Below, in pieces: positions 1-13,720 of a stretch of 64,000 nt of DNA (position 1 is its first letter; the number at the start of each line of letters is the position of its first letter). The stretch is from the human T2T-CHM13v2.0 reference genome, Homo sapiens: assembly GCF_009914755.1 (NCBI RefSeq), contig NC_060925.1; one strand, written 5' to 3'. The notes below the pieces were generated by a model. The model ran no database searches and was not told the DNA's origin. It saw only the letters and a list, made by a program, of their open reading frames with translations. The position numbers and the translations under genes are program-made.

Positions 1-162
1 AAATAGTGATGTTCAAACACATGGCCTGGCCAAAGACTTCCTAACTCACTCTCATTGATTTTTGTCCCTTCCATTCAAAAACACTTGTTTTCATAGTCCT
101 GTGCTTCAAAACGATAAAACAATTTAACCCTGTATTAACCATCTGAATTATTAAGAATACCA

Positions 163-481
<319 letters not shown>

Positions 482-780
482 TTAAGTGAGATACCAATGA
501 AGACATGAAAAAAATCTCCATCAGAAACTAGGGTGGAGACATCGTAAGCCCTCAGGATCCAGGCAGAGCATCATCAGGATGTGGCCATCTGGTTCTCTGC
601 CAACCTTATGCTGTCCTCTCACTTGTCCAACCCATGGATATCAACATTGATAGAAAAATCAATCTCTATCTTTGTAAAATCTGCCCTGTCTGTGGCAAGC
701 TGAATTTTTATTAAGCTGTAATGTTTGGAGTAGATGATCCAGGATGCTATGGTCAGTGATGGGGAGAGGAGAAGACTCTG

Positions 781-911
781 CAGCTGAACCTGTGGGGATG
801 TGAGCCACCAGCCCCCGGCCCTGGTGAGTGAAGGCCACCTGTCAGCTGAGTAAGGGGACATGAGCCACCAGCCCCCGGCCCTGGTGAGTGAAGGCCACTT
901 GTCAGCCGAGT
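781..911. repeat. Tandem duplication, 60-bp period, about 2 copies
   Basis: 801-851 vs 861-911 match at 49/51 positions. Confidence 0.9.
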
Positions 912-1029
912 GTTAGACAGCCAGGGGCTCCTCATCCTGCTGCCTGGGCGCTCTGGCAATGTCTGCTGCTGTAAGGATGGCCAGCTGCCTATCAAGGTTT
1001 GAAATCATGAGCAGTATTGACCACCCCTT

Positions 1030-1160
1030 GGGTACTTGGGCAATTCACTTCCCTGGCCTTGACCTCACTTCCCTGGCCTTGACCTCACTGTTTTCTCATC
1101 TGTAAATGAGAAAAAGAGTTGAGATGATCTATAAATTTCCCTCTAACACATCTAGGTCTA
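1030..1160 (+). mobile_element. MIR fragment containing a 20-bp tandem duplication
   Basis: MIR core-like TTGGGCAA...TTTTCTCATCTGTAAATG; TCACTTCCCTGGCCTTGACC x2 at 1045-1084. Confidence 0.65.
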
Positions 1161-1600
1161 TCATTATTTAAACATATTAGTTTGAAGGAACTAAACTGTA
1201 CTCCCTCTGAATTACCAAGTACAAGGCTCCATGGTCATTTTCACTCTCCTGTCTGGTGACAGCAGGTGTGGCTTGGCTTTGCTCTTCTCCTTCCTTCCAA
1301 CTTTCTCCTAAGGTCTATAATGGACAACTTAGATCATTCACAATTCCCCCACACAGTTTGGCTTGGGAATTGGGGCCGCAAATAAAGAGGACAAAAGAGG
1401 GAAAAAGCATAAAGCAAACTGTACCAGAAGGTATGTGAATGGCGAGGACACGTTGGCTAATGGGGCCATGGTGTAGCCCATTAACTCAGCTTCCTAGGAA
1501 TGCTCTTGAACTAGTTTCTATTTGGAAATGACTGATAAATGTGGGCTGAAAAGGCCCGAGAGCCCCAAAATACAGCAAGGACACTCTGAAGGACCCCCTC

Positions 1601-2026
1601 TGATATACTTGGGATGTGTGTCCCTGCCCAAATCTCATGTTGAAATGTAATCTTCAGTGTTGGAGGTAGGGACCTGGGGGGAAGTGGTTGGATCATGAGG
1701 GTGGATCCTTCATGAATAGTTTAGCACTATCCCCCGCATTGTACTGTCCTCACGATAGTGAGTTCTCATGAGATCTGGTCATTTAACAGTGTGTGGCACC
1801 TCCCCGCTTGCTCTCTTGCTCCTGCTTTTGTCATGTGATGTGCCTGGCCTCTTTTTGCCTTCTGCCATGAATGTAAGCTTCCTGAGGCCTCCCCAGAAAC
1901 CAAGGAGATGCCAGCCTCATGCTGACTGTAAAGCCTGCAGAACAATAAACCAATTAAACCTCTCTTTTTAATACATTACCCAGCCTCATGTATTTCTTTA
2001 TAGCAATGCAAGGATGGCTTAATACA
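1601..2026 (+). mobile_element. ERVL-MaLR solo LTR (MSTA/MSTB-like)
   Basis: TG...CA ends; CCCAAATCTCATGTTGAAATGTAATC; CTCATGAGATCTGG; ATTAAA near 3' end; 5-bp TSD CCCTC/CCTTC. Confidence 0.85.
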
Positions 2027-3484
2027 CCTTCCCATCTCATATGTCTTTTAACATCTTAAGTTCATAGCAAGATGTAGCAACAGTGGCTGCAGCCTACAGA
2101 GCAAGCTTGCCTTTTGTAGAAATGGTGTAATTGCCACTGACCCGTGATAGTTGCAGTCTGGGTTTTAAAGCTTTGTGTCTGAACACTCCACACGTTTTAG
2201 CATTCCTGAATCCTAGAATTCAGTGCTGCAAATGAGTTTCAAGAGGGTTTATGGTTTTCAGGGGCCATAGCAGGCTGTCTCTGAAGCCACAACAGAGGTG
2301 GGCAGGCTACAGCTGGAGTAATCATGACTGATTCTTTTCTGCTGCTGCCTCAGTGACAGGTGTGTGGATTTACTTTGTCCCTCCCACCTTTCTTTGCTTC
2401 CCACCCTCATTGTTAATGGTAAAGCAAAGGCTTAGGGTAATGGGCAGGGTGTGTACAGGGTGCCCACTGCTAAATGGTCCCACCTGGGTGGAGACAGGCC
2501 TGATGGGAGCCACAGAAGAGTACTGATATCATAGCCATCCAAAGGGCCACTCTGGAGGGAGAGCGGAGAGCAGACTGGGGTTACATGATCAGTGGGTCAA
2601 GTCAGCAGTCACAAGGAAATCTCCCCAACAAGTAAAGAACTAAAAATTAGAAGGGGAAGATTTAGTTTAATATAAGGACCCATTTCTTACCAAGAGCTCT
2701 GTGACACCTACCATTCTCAGGGGTGGCTCACATGAGCCCACCTTCTTACTGCAGAGGCCAACCTTGTACAGCCAGGAAAATTTACTGGATGTTCACAGAC
2801 ATCTTTGTTGTATATTCCTGACATAGGTTATTGACAAGCACTGTTACGGTTTTGAGCACCAAGAGAAAAAGGTCATGTTGTACTAGTGAATCAACATAAG
2901 TGTAATGGCTAAATTCAATGTACAATGGGACTATAACTTACCTCCTTTACTGTTTAAAGAAAAGTCAAGATACACGCATCCAGAATTTTGTATTTTTATC
3001 TTGTTGGCAGAGGGAAAAAATAAGTATTGATGTAATCCCACCAAGTAAAGGTTAAGGTACTCAAGTTAGGCTGCTTGCATTCAAGTCCTATTTCTGGTTC
3101 TTACTAACCAGCTTTCAACGCAATACTTGAATACCATGAATTTCTGGTTCCTCTTCCCATTGGTGTTCAGTGGATGTTAGGTATTAATGTTATTTTAGTT
3201 ATACTCTATGAGACTGTATGGTACAGCTGCCCACTATCAGCCTATTGGTGGAACATATATGTTCAGATCAGTTTTTTTCCTCCATGTAACTTTGCATGGT
3301 TGCATTTACATTTAAAACAAAAAACACAACTGAAGAATAGGAATGCATGACTGATGTGCATGGAATCAGCTTATTTCGACTGAACAGATGAAAATAAAAA
3401 ATGACTTAATAGCTAAATTCAAAGATATAAAATGAGTGCATGGTAAATGGAAATTGAGTGGTAAGTATCTCAATTCATATTCAC

Positions 3485-3600
3485 TGAGGGCAAGATGAAG
3501 ACAAATGAACTCAAATTGCAGCAGAAAGGAATTAAACATTAAGAATCAAACTTCTTAACTTCAGAAAATAGTCTTTTGAAATGTCTGATGCAAAGAAATG
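3485..3600 (+). mobile_element. CR1/L3 3' fragment
   Basis: AAATTGCAGCAGAAAGGAATTAAACATTAAGAATCAAACTTCTTAAC resembles the L3 3' end. Confidence 0.45.
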
Positions 3601-4169
3601 ACACTGATACCTTAAAACAGTTCATTCTTTTATTAATATTTATTAAGCATATTCTATCAGGCAGGTGCTGGGCTCGGTGCTGCAGATACAGTGATGAACA
3701 AGACAGATAGGCACTCTGACTGCATGGCCCATAGTCTAGTTGGAGAGGAAAACTTAAAACAAAGACACAGACAGGCAATTATAAATTGTGACAAGTGACA
3801 TGAAGGAAGGTACAAGAGTGTGAAATGGGGCACCTGACCAGGCTAGGGGCAGGGCACAGAGAGACCGCCCTGAGGAAGTGACAAGTTCAGATCTGAGGGA
3901 CAGTAGTAACAGATGGGGAGAAAAGAGCACCAGACCCTCTGAACAAGCAACCTGTGCAAAGACTGCAAGGCCGCAGGGGGTTGCTGGCTTCAAGGGATGG
4001 AGAAAAGACCAGTGAGGTCAGCAGAGATGGGGAGCTGAGAGGGGTAGCCCTGGGTTCAAGACACAGGCAGGAACCAGACTAAGCAGGTTCTTGAAGCAAG
4101 TGAAGGACTTTCATCTTTATATAAAGGGCAATGGAAAGTTGTCAATGTCATTGTCATTTTTTTTAAATG

Positions 4170-4960
4170 CCTTTTTTACTGGAGTGTAATATGCATGCAA
4201 GAAAGCACCCATAGGGGTGAGCTGGGTGAATTTCATTGTGAACACATCAAGCAACCAGTACCAAATCAACAAGCAGAACATTATTAACCCCCCAAAAGTC
4301 ACCCTTAGCCCTTCCAAGTCCTCAGCATGTTCCAAAGGCAACCCTATCCTGACTGGTAACAACACTAGGTTAATTTTGACCATTTAGAAACTTTATATAA
4401 AGGGAGTCATACCATATTTATTCTCTGTGCCTGGCTTCTTTCACTCAACAACATGAGACTCATCCAGATTGCTACTTATAGCCATAAATCACTGTGTGAA
4501 TAGACCATGATTTAATTATCAGTTTTGCTGTTGTGGACATTTGGGTAGTGTCTGGCTGTTTGGAACAGTACTACAGGTTGAGTATCCCTTATCTGAAATG
4601 CTTGGGATCAGGAGTGTTTCCGATTTTTTTTTTTTTCAGATTTTGAAATATTTATATGATACTTACTTGTTCAGCATTCCTAATCTGAAAATCTGAAACG
4701 TGAAATGCTCCAATTAGCATTTCCTTTGAGCGTCATGTCAGTGTTCAAAAAGTTTCAAATTTTGGAACGTTTCAGATTTTGAGATTAGGGATGCTCAGAC
4801 TGTACTATGAGCTACTTGTTGATTCTATTTCACCTGATCTTCGGTGTTTTTCTAAGAGTGGAATTTCTGGGACTTAAGGTATACATATGTTCAGCACTAA
4901 TGGATCCTGCCAAGCAGTTTTACAAAGTGGCCATTTCAATTTGTACTCCCACCAGCAATG
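4170..4960 (-). mobile_element. Old L1M (L1MC/ME-like) 3' fragment
   Basis: L1 3' motifs CTGGCTTCTTTCACTCAACA, GGACATTTGGGT, TACTCCCACCAGCAATGCATGAGAG. Confidence 0.65.
4574..4802. mobile_element. Tigger4a/MER46A TcMar MITE
   Basis: TIRs CAGGTTGAGTATCCCT...AGGGATGCTCAGACTG; TA duplication on both sides. Confidence 0.85.
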
Positions 4961-5502
4961 CATGAGAGCTCCCTTAAAAGGTTTGCTATAGCCAGTGATG
5001 TGATCAGATCTGTGCTTTTCAAAGACCATATGGCCTCCTGTGAGCAGAATGGGCTAAAGAGGCAGGAGTGCCTGGAAGGACCTGTGGGGGCTGTGATGGT
5101 AGGTCAGGCAAGCAGAAGACAGGGAAAGGCCAGGATGGAAAGAAGTACATGGACCCAGGAGAGATGGGTGGGGAAATGGCTGATGGGCTCAGGGAATGTT
5201 TTGGGTGGGGGGCATGGTGGGCAGGAGAGGGGAGAGGTGACAAGAATGACCCTGTTCAAGACATAGGCAGGAAACAGATGGGTGGTCTATGATTGGTTAG
5301 ATGGTAGTGTTTGAACTCTGGAGATGGATCAGAGATGGGGAGGTGTGGATCATAATTCTAGTGCATTAAGAGTACATAATTTGAGGTGCATTAGCTATGT
5401 CCAAGTGGGAATCAAGGAAGCAATTAGATACAGAGGTCTGGACTCAGAGTGAAGTCCCAATGGACATGCAAACTGGAGAGTCATTATAGCAATATGGGTG
5501 AG

Positions 5503-5915
5503 TACTATGGTTTGAATGTTTGTGCCTTCCAAAACTCATGTTGAAATTTAATCCCCAATGTGGCAGTATTGAGAGCTGGGGCCTATAAGAGGTGGTTGGA
5601 TCATGAGTGCTTTGCTTTTATGAGTGGATTAATCTATTCATGAAATAATGAGCTAATGGGTTATCCTGTAAGCGGGACTGGTGGTTTTATAATAGGAAGA
5701 GAGACCTGTATGTAGTATATTAGCATGCTCAGCCCTCTCACCATGTGCTACCTTGAGACTCTACAGTGTCCCCAACAGCAAGAAGGCTCTCACCAGATGC
5801 TGCCCCTCGACCTTGGACTTTTCAATCTCTGTAACTGTAGGAAATAAATTCCTTTTCTTTATAAATTACTCAGTTTCAGGTATTCTGTTATAGCAATAAA
5901 AACCAGACTAAGGCA
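5503..5915 (+). mobile_element. MaLR solo LTR (MSTC/MSTD-like)
   Basis: CTATGGTTTGAATGT start; AACTGTAGGAAATAAATTCC; AGACTAAGGCA end; TSD GTGAG/ATGAG. Confidence 0.85.
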
Positions 5916-6094
5916 ATGAGGAAATGTCACCTGGGTTGAGAGTAGTGAGAAGAATGTCTCATTTTGTTATTTCTTAGTTTGAGAGCAGTTATTCAAATTA
6001 AAGTTTGAATATTTAAAAAATTTTTGCTCTTGATTTTATTTCAAGTTAAAGCTTCTTAGGCATGTGTTTATTTGTAGGGCAGAGATGATAACAC

Positions 6095-6656
6095 TGTTAT
6101 AGGACCGACAGGTTCGTATGCCCACTGCACAGTAATAGACCCATTACATGGAGACAGCAGGATTTGCAGCAGAAAAAGAGTTAAAGGTCAGTGGGCACCA
6201 AGTAGAGAGGGGAGGAGACCCTCCAATCCATCTTCCCAAGTTGTTCTGGGTTGGAGTTTTTAAGGGGATCATGGAGAGCAAGGCAAGGTGGGGGGGGTGA
6301 AATCATCGGGATGTGGAAACTGTATTCTTGGGTGGGTCAGCTCCTAAGGGATCCCTCAGACCAGCTGAGTCAGCCATTCCCTCAGAATGCAGGACCTGAA
6401 GGAATATCTCATAGGAAAAACTTAACGTTTCATGATGTTCAAGGTGTTATCAATAGAGCAGTTAAGGGGAACTGTGATCTAGGGTCTATGTGATTCCAAG
6501 ACAGTAGGCAGCAAACAACTCTGAGGAAGGGGTTGGAGCCCAGGCTGGCCTCATGATTAGCGCCGAGTGTGCTGCAAGCTGGGTTTATTTTCCTTTCTCC
6601 CCTCTCTTTCTTCCCTGACGAATTTTATTTAAAAAAAGTTTATAGGGATGGTTTCA
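6095..6656 (-). mobile_element. ERV1 (MER4-group, LTR26-like) solo LTR
   Basis: TGTT...TTCA ends; perfect 4-bp TSD ACAC (6091-6094 and 6657-6660), typical of ERV1. Confidence 0.75.
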
Positions 6657-6751
6657 ACACCATGCTGTGGGCAAGAGAAGAGAGATACCTTGTTCTCTGC
6701 TGCAGGGCACCACAGTCACCAAGAGTGGACTTTCCCTGGCAACAGGGCCTC

Positions 6752-7167
6752 TGCATTGGTCTGCTTGAGCTGCCATAACCAAAGACCACAAACCGGGTGG
6801 CTTAAAGAACAGACACGCATTGTTGCACTGTCGTGGAGGTTAGAAGTCTGAGACCAAGGCGATGGCAAGATTGCAGAGCTCTAGGGAAGGATCTGTTCCA
6901 GGCTTCTCTCCTTGGCTTGTAGGTGGCCGTCTTCTCCCTCTGTCTCTTCTCATGGTCTTCCCTCTGTATCTGTATTAGTGTCCAAATTTCTCCTTTTTAT
7001 TAGAACCCAGTCATATTGGATTAGGGCCCACTCTAATGATCCTGTTTGAACTCTGATTACCTCTGTAAAGACCCTATCCCCAAATAAGTTCCCATTCTGA
7101 GGTCCCAGGGGTTAAGGTCTCCAACAGACCTTTTATGGAGGGGGGCACATAATTCAACCCATCCACA
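6752..7167 (-). mobile_element. MaLR solo LTR (MLT1B/C-like)
   Basis: GCTGCCATAACCAAAGACCACAAACCGGGTGGCTTAAA; CAGTCATATTGGATTAGGGCCCAC; AATTCAACCCAT end. Confidence 0.8.
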
Positions 7168-7359
7168 CTCCCAGCCAGGGTCCCGCTTCAAGACGAGCAC
7201 CTCCTCTTCCTTCACCATGCACTGGGGCAGGTGACTCTAACTAGTGCCCATTTCGTGTCTCATTCTGGAAACTATGCCGATCAGTCAAAGTTTCCAGAGC
7301 CAGTGAAAATGTTCTCATCACACGAGGCTTCTGAACACCCAGAAATTTTGAAGCAAGAA

Positions 7360-7570
7360 CATGACAATAATCATCACTCTCATTCACTGTGTGCCATGTC
7401 CTTGCAAGTTCACAGCTAGCCCTTACAACAGCCTGCACAGGTCTGATTTTCCACTCTGCTTCATTGATGAGCATCTGAGACGCGGGAGCATAAGGGAACT
7501 TGCTTGAGGTCACATGCTTGGTCGGTAGAGACTCAGGGTCTGCGCCCAGGCTTGCCAGCCCATCTCCACT
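7360..7570 (-). mobile_element. MIR
   Basis: Degenerate MIR core (ACTTGCTTGAGGTCACATGCT). Confidence 0.55.
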
Positions 7571-8419
7571 CCTCCCTGCTGTGGGCCCAGGGCACAGCGG
7601 CCACAGGAGGACTTGGCTCTTCTTTCAGGCTTTGCGGGCACAGATTAGCTAGACAGAGTAAATATGGGCATAGCAATTGTTAACGGCTAACTTTTGGGTG
7701 AATGCACTATTCTTGCCATCTCAGGCTGATTTATTTGCAGCACTGGTAGTCAGGGTCCCTATAGCAAGGGAAGAGATAATCTCTAAATATTCCCTGGAGC
7801 CATGAGAAACGGCCAGGTAAAGAAGCATCCTTCTTTCAGCTGGAACACGGCGATGTTTTCTGTCACCTCAAATGAGGTGATCTCCAGAATCCCCTCAATC
7901 CTGTCTCATTCATTCAGGCACAAAAAAGGAGAAACGTAGTTGACAGGAATTAGATTTGGAAATCTTTCAGAGAAAATGTGTTTGATTTTTCTGTCCCACA
8001 CCTCAGCAGTTTATTTCACACTGCGCTTATTGGTCTCTTTGTCTCACTTCTCCTTACATAAATCCTCTGGGTGTCGTTTGAATAATCAAAACGTATTAGA
8101 TATGAAACATAATGTGTATCATGTTGCATCATGCTACTGTACCTGCATGTTGTAATTTGTACCTTATTTGCTGTCTATGCAATGAAAAGGCTTTCAAGTT
8201 TTTAGGTCAGAAAGGTTTAATCACTGTCCCTAGTCAGGTTTGCAGCACAGAGCCAAATGGATGGTGTGCATTTGGACCTGCCCTTGGAAGTCAGGCTGTG
8301 ATTAGCTAGGGCAAAAGTTTCCTTATCTAGGTGTGAACGTGGAATGGCCTGAAATGTGTGGACAGTCTATTATGTGTTCATCACTGTGCATAATGATGGG
8401 CCTGTAGGGATGTCTATGA

Positions 8420-9380
8420 CACGCAGGATACAGGGCTGGGCACCTGGTTGTTGGTATCAGATATGTAGGAGAAGAAGGAATGGGTGGGGGTTGGAGAGAA
8501 CACAAGCACAAGCATAAGACGGTTCTGCTCCCAAGAGGCTCATTCGTCACTCAGTGCTGTAGACACACGGGAGCTGCCTTAGCACAGAGCGACAGATGCC
8601 ATGAGACAGGCGCCCACTGCTGATGTGGGCAGAAAGAGATGTGCAAGCGAAGGGCAACAGATTTGGTTGCTGAGATTAATAAGAGGAATCAAGAAATGCT
8701 CCCAAGAGAAAAATGATACTTAATCTGGGTCTTGAATAACCATTCATTCATTCATTCATTCTTCTTTCTCTCTATAATATTAATTAGATTTCTGCTAATA
8801 AGTACCTAGAAATGTTCTAGGTGTAGGAAATTCAGCAATGAACAAAAAAAACCCAACCCTCCCCCCAGCAACCCCTTGCCGTCGGGAGCTCACATTCCTA
8901 TAGGTAAGTGGTAGTGGTGTGGAGAGGGGCTGGCCTAGTGAAAGGAACAGTGCCAGCTGTTGCACAGGGACTTGTGATGAGGTTGGTGTGAGTGGGTGGC
9001 CATGTGGGGCAGGTCAGAGAGGAGGCATCGAGTTGCCAGGTGCTGGGTCCCACATGAGGAGTCTGTGTGCCAAGCCAAAGAGCTTTCTCCTGAAGGCCTC
9101 AAGGGGCCACTATTGGTCTCAGCAAGGTGGGAGGTCATATTGTCAGACTTGTGCTGGGCAGGTGGGTGCAGGTTAGAGGCAGGTGAGGCCACAGGCAGGG
9201 AGCCTGAGGCCTGGTGAGAGCTGGTGAGAGAAATTCAAGGTAAGGATGAGGATTTCAGGATGAGTCTCACTTGCTGGCTTCTCTAACTACATGGGGATGG
9301 TGCAATTGACTGAGGGTAGGATAGAGGAAAAGGATCAGGTGCAGGAGAAACATGATGCGTTCAGGGTTAGCCACCTTGCT
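8420..9380 (-). mobile_element. L2 fragments
   Basis: (CATT)n L2 tail at 8741-8760; GGGAGCTCACATTC; GATGCGTTCAGGGTTAG. Confidence 0.55.
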
Positions 9381-9828
9381 TGTGAATTCTAGAATTCTGC
9401 CAGCCTCACCTGAGAGCCCCTCAGAAGTAAGAGGGGCTTCTTACTGTGGAGGAAGTGTCAGAATGCCAACCAAAGATGGCCAGCTAAATAAATGACATGC
9501 CTGGTGGTCTGACATGACAAATCCTGAGGGTCCCTTGCCCAGGGTGGGTGGCAGGGGAATGGCAGTTCACATTCAAGATCTAAGTTTTGAGAGATGAGAA
9601 TCATCTCCTTTGGGGTGGGGCAGCTGCATTCCACACTCGGGACCTGGCCACTCAGTGCGGGGTGATGGTGCAGTTCCCAGGGACTGATGTACCTGCTCTG
9701 CAGTGGCAACCTCCGAGTGTGAGAGAACCCAGCTCTTTTTTGGACAATTTTGCATCTGACTCATTGTTGGTATTTGATAACATTTGTTATGCTAATATAA
9801 CAAATACAATAACAGGAAAATCAGAAAA

Positions 9829-10344
9829 TCCATGTGTACTCAATGTTTAGCTCCCACTTATAAGCGAGAACGTGCAGTATTTGGTTTTCTGTTACTGCAT
9901 TAATTTGCTTAGGATAATGGCTTCCAGCTCCATCCATGCTGCTACAAAGGAAATGATTTCCTTCTTTTTTTGTGGCTGTGTAGTATACCATGGTGTATTT
10001 GTACCACATTTTCTTTATCCAGTCTGCCCATGGATGGGCATTTAGGTTGATTTCATGTCTTTGTTATTGTGAATAGTGCTGCAATGAACATACGCGTGCA
10101 TGTGACTTTATGATGAAACAATTTATCTTCCTTCGGGTGTATAAGAACAATAGACGCTGGGGCCTACTTGAGATTGGAGGGTGGGAGGAGGGTAAGGATT
10201 GAAAAACCACCCATTGGGCACTATACTTGTTACCTGGGTGATGAAATAACCTCTACACCAAACCTTCATGACATGAAATTTACCCATACAACAAATCATA
10301 CATGGACCTCCGAACCTAAAATAAAAGATGGAAAAAAAAAAAAA
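9829..10344. mobile_element. 5'-inverted (twin-primed) L1PA15/16-like 3' end
   Basis: 9829-10142 is antisense L1 3' sequence; 10143-10344 is sense 3'UTR with AATAAA and poly(A); near-TSD GAAAA(T/C)CAGAA. Confidence 0.85.
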
Positions 10345-11396
10345 GAAAACCAGAATATAATCTGAGTTCTGTCTTTGTGTGATCCGGTTTTACAGGAGGA
10401 ATTAACCTGGGATGGGGGAAAGAATGCATTTAGTGCTGGAATATATAAGGAGAGGCTTTCCTTTGTCCCCTCCTCTCTTCTCTCTCCCCCAGGATTTTTT
10501 GTCCTTCCGTGTTCCACCTGATCCATGGCCAACTGGCTTTAGAAGTTGTTATTAATAGTTCACCATGCTCATTTTCATGAAACAGAGGGAAAGGCAGCCT
10601 CTTCATTTGATGTCTAGTTAGCAAACCAGAGGTTTGACACCAGCTGGTCATAACAGACATTTTTAATAAAACTTACCTCCAAGTTAAAATAAAAATGCTG
10701 CCTTAGAGATTTTGTCCTGAAACATACGAAAAAATGACAGGTGGGATCTCTCATGCAAAACTTCTGCTAGGGCTAAAGGAAAATATCTGATAAGGTTGTT
10801 TGCCCATGGGGGAAGGATTAATTGGATTTTCTGTCTTGCCCCTAGTGTCTGACCCTCTGTTATTATGACAGGACCACAGAAGTTTTGAACGCTGAATCAT
10901 AGTTTATAGTTTTAGCATTTTTGAGCTATGGAGATAAGAGTGAGGGAAGGAGTGTGATAGGGGAGTGAGTTCCCACAATACTCCGGTGATAGTTATTGTC
11001 TGCCTGAAAATGTGAATACATATATTCAAGCCCGATGTAGCCTGTTCGAAGCAACCCAGCCGGGCAATGAAAGCCTCAGCTGAAGATCATAGGATTAAAT
11101 CCAGGCTCCCCTCTTTCAAGTACCTTCTCATGCTACTGCATTTATGTGGGTAGTCTGGGATTATGTCTGTGGTTTGTTTCACTATTTTCTGGATCACTTC
11201 TGAACCAGTCCGTGTGTCAGTCCTGTGGATATGCATTTCATGAATGAGACTCTGAGGAATTTTCTAATAGTGTCTATGGTGGCAGTGGGAAAAGGGGAGG
11301 AGGCAGAGAAAGAGGTGGTAGCAAGAGAAAGAACTGTGTGGAGCTCGAGCTAAAAGCAGGAGCTAAGACTGCAAGATCAAATGATTCCCACTCAGT

Positions 11397-11777
11397 TGTC
11401 CTAGTCTCTGTCTTTGTTTTCTGTGGCCATAACAGAACACCATAGATTTGGTAATTTATAAAGAGCAGAAACATATTTCCTCATCATTCTGGAGACTGGG
11501 AAGTTCAAGATCAAGGGCTGGCTCAACAGAAGGCCTCTTGCTGCATCATGCCATGGCAGAAGGTGGAAAGGCAGAGAGGGCAAGAGAAAGCAAGCAAGGG
11601 GGGGCCAAGTTGTCCTTTTCTAATGAACCCCCTCCCACAGTAACGGCGTTAATCCATTCTAGAGGGTGGTGCCCCCATGACCCAAACACCTCCCATTAGG
11701 CCCCACCTCCTAACACTGCCACATTGGGGATCAGATTTCCAACACATTAACTTTGGGGACACATTGAAACCATAGCA
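11397..11777 (-). mobile_element. MaLR solo LTR (MSTC/MSTD-like)
   Basis: GGTAATTTATAAAG; TTAGGCCCCACCTCC; AAACCATAGCA end. Confidence 0.8.
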
Positions 11778-12244
11778 CTCCCCTATAGCAATGAGTAATA
11801 TCCGCATAGTGATTTTACTTATTAAATAATATTGACATGGCTTCCTCTTTATGGTTTGCTAGTGGTAAATCTTCAAAACTCTTGGGTAGTTTCTGTGGAT
11901 ATAAATTCCAGGTGAGGTTAGTTGTTAAGGAAAGAATTTCCATGAAAGAAAAACGTGTCTGAGTTTTGAATAAGGAAAGACATACATTGTGGGTAACTGA
12001 AATGCCATTTTTTCACTCCTCCTTCCCCCAGGCTCTAAATACCATTGCTGAATTGAATCCGTCCAGTTTGCACGTGTGTCTACAGACATGTGTCTTATGG
12101 AATACAAACAATATGTGCTTCTTCTTAAGGTTTTGTTACTTTGTCCCTTGGTGGTAAGTTTTACAAAATGATTTGAAATACTCAGCGCTCAACTCCAAAA
12201 GCCAATAAAACAGGAGGAAGACATTGGGTATGATTTGGAAATAA

Positions 12245-12682
<438 letters not shown>

Positions 12683-13404
12683 CAGACCTGACTACTTGCT
12701 AGTATAATTTTATTTTAAGTGCACGTTATTATTCTGCTTTCTCCAATATCAGACAGCTGGTTCCTTCTTGAAGCAACTCTTAAAGACAGATGGACCAGCC
12801 ATGTCTTCAAAGTGTTGGCTTCTTCTGTGGCTCCCATTTTCCCGTTTATCCTAGTGCCTTGACTTCTTCACTTGCCAACCTCCGTTCTCCCTGGCACCAA
12901 GGAGTTATGTAGCGTTGACTTGTTCTTTTCCATTTGAAGGTGGAAGGATGAACATAAGGTGCCAGACTGGGCTATTTTATCATAGACAGATGGATTTGCT
13001 CCATTCATGTAAAGAGTTCCTTTTGTAGAATATCTGAATCCTGGTATATCCTTTAGATGGATGTATAATCCCTATCCCCACACTTTTCTCCCAAACTTGT
13101 GAGTTATACCATTAAGTCTACAGGACTGGGCAGTTACGACCTGGACATTAGTCCAGTTTTCTGTATTCTACTACAAAAACTTGTTTCTGTTGTTTAAAAC
13201 ATGGGATTATTTGTAAGTTATCACTCCAGAAATGAACGTAACTGAATTTGCTGAGGATTTAAACTAATTACCTGACATCAAATTGGTTCAAGGAAGTGGG
13301 GAAAATAAAGCAAGGATTGACAACTACTATTTGCTTCATTCTAATTTTAGGCCCTTTAACTTTAAAGGTGAATTATTCCTTGTTTTATTCTTGGAGTATT
13401 TATT

Positions 13405-13720
13405 TTATGAATACGTGAATTACAATAACAAAACACTATACCGTTGTGAAAGTGAGTGAGCTACAGCTACACACACCAACATGGATAAATCTCCTATAAA
13501 TCTCATCATGTCAGCGAGCAAAGCAAGTTCCAGAAGAATGCCCACAGTATGAGACCAATTATTTGGTTTGAAAATATGCAAAGCAGCATTCCATATGTCT
13601 TAAGGACACATACATATGAAGGGAAAGGATAAATCCATGATGGGAGTGATAATCCCCTAAAAATAGTTACTTGTGGGGGAAGCAGTGGAGCAGAATGCAA
13701 TCTGGGAAGGGTACTGAGGG
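13405..13720 (+). mobile_element. Old L1ME-like 3' fragment
   Basis: GAGCTACAGCTAC...AACATGGATAAATCTC...CAAGTTCCAGAAGAAT. Confidence 0.55.

Larger units (their letters stand above)
3620..5480 (-). mobile_element. L2 3' region interrupted by an L1M fragment (about 4170-4960)
   Basis: L2 tail TTCATTC...TATTTATTAAGCA, ATAGTCTAGTTGGAGAG; resumes about 4990 (GTGATGTGATCAGATCTGTGC). Confidence 0.7.

Noticed and set aside
781-1089. Short direct repeats as a CRISPR-like array
   Set aside because: Only two adjacent copies each, no repeat-spacer series, and a mammalian context
10671-10790. Minus-strand GAG/GTAAGT donor with upstream acceptors (similar case near 2935)
   Set aside because: Isolated splice-like motifs are common by chance; no coherent exon chain
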